A stretch of 64,000 nucleotides of DNA, from the NCBI RefSeq assembly GCF_006345805.1, contig NC_043023.1, forward strand, positions 2,666,001 to 2,730,000, given 5' to 3'. Of the stretch, positions 62,785-64,000 are shown in pieces (positions within the stretch are counted from its first letter, which is position 1; each line of letters begins with the position of its first letter). Position numbers and translations under genes: made by a program. This DNA comes from Octopus sinensis. Its lineage: Eukaryota. The notes under the pieces are model-generated. The model was not told the DNA's origin. It searched no databases and saw nothing but the letters and a program-made list of their open reading frames with translations.

Positions 62785-63845
62785 GGTGAATATATTCCAA
62801 GTTTATAGCAATTATGTTATATAACACAAGTATGGCTTAAGTGAAGAGACACTTAAAGATGGAGAAAAGTTCAATATATATTCAAATAAATACATATATT
62901 CTGTTCTTTTTTCCTGGATACAATTCCAGTTTTAAGTTGATATACACTTTCAGACATACAGCTATGTGGTCCCCTCATCAGCGGACGTTAGATTCATATG
63001 CATTATATATGCATGCACAAAGGTGAATATATTCAAGTTTGTAACAATTATATATTTTACAAGGATGTTTAATATGTATTCAAATAAATACATATATGCT
63101 ATTCATTTTTTCTGGATACAATTTTTGTTTTAAGCTGATATACATTTATACATATATGACCACATTGTCCCATCATCAGTGGACATTAGATTCATATGCA
63201 AGGGTGAATATATTCAAGTTTATAACAATTATATATTACACAAGGATGGCTTAAGTGAAAAGACCCTTGAAATTGGAGACATGTTTAATATATATTTAAA
63301 TAAATACATATATGGTGTATATTTCTTTCTGGATAGAATTCTGGTTTTGAGTTGATATACATTTATAGATATATAGCCATGTGGTTCCATCATCAGCGGA
63401 CATCAGATTTGTGTGCATTCTGTATACATATATGTGTGTAAGGGGATCTGTATGTGTGTATATGTATGGCAAAGAGAGAACTAAAGTGAATATATTGAAG
63501 TCTATAGAAATTATATATCCAGTTTATTTTTTCCATGGATATGATGCTAGTTTCAAACAAAAGCAAATTTATACATTTGTAAATATGTGGTCCCCTCATC
63601 AGTAGACATTAGATTTAAATGCATTCTATAAGTGTGCGTGTAAGTGGATCTGTATGTGGGTATGTGTGTATATGTTTGGCATGGAGAAAACTGACTAACT
63701 AACTAGTAAGCTGAGTAAAAATAAATATACTGAAGTTTGGAGCAATTATATATATATTTGGTTTATTTTTCCCTGGATACAATGCAGGCTTCAAGTAAAA
63801 GCAAATTTATACATATGTAAAAATGTGATCCTTTCGTCAGCGGAC
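62785..63845. repeat. Old tandem repeat, five diverged units of about 200-240 bp
   Basis: tcRtcagYRgac recurs at 62975, 63173, 63390, 63596, 63834; gtgaatatatt and ctggata also recur. Confidence 0.8.
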
Positions 63846-64000
63846 ATGCCAGTGTTTTCTGACTGGCTTCCATGACGGTGACATGTAAAAAGCGCCCACT
63901 ACACTCTTGGAGTGGTTTGCATTAGGAAGGGCAGTTCAATAAATAAATATTCCAAGCAAATATATTTATTCTATAGCTTTTTCCCCAGATGCAATTCAGA

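Noticed and set aside
2864-62827. Many YI/HT/CV/poly-X ORFs in the track
   Set aside because: Translations of TA, CA, TATC, CATC, GAT, AAT and GGT microsatellites.
20515-63845. Regularly spaced repeats as CRISPR arrays
   Set aside because: Eukaryotic satellites with homologous rather than unique spacers, and no cas genes.

Overview
Eukaryotic, AT-rich, almost entirely repetitive DNA. The SINE, LINE and microsatellite make-up looks like an Octopus (coleoid cephalopod) intergenic or intronic region; this is inferred from remembered repeat families, not from a search. I recognise no host protein-coding exon, and most ORFs in the track are microsatellite artefacts. Contents: about 20 copies of a tRNA-derived CORE-type SINE and other SINEs; decayed LINEs (RTE, RTE-X-like, CR1, R4/Dong-like RLE); Penelope-like element (PLE) remnants; one near-intact 1282-bp Tc1/mariner element with DD36E spacing; MITEs (hAT, piggyBac-like); Helitron/Helentron-type non-autonomous elements; several satellites. 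The most notable signal, not visible in the ORF track, is about 15 type I hammerhead ribozyme (HHR) motifs folded by eye, from at least 8 unrelated sequence families. They lie in four young fold-back palindromes, in a 300-360-bp tandem array with one HHR per monomer (retrozyme-like) that inverts at an HHR, and at PLE 3' ends, one directly downstream of a GIY-YIG PLE ORF remnant. Folds and coordinates were read manually; repeat boundaries are approximate.
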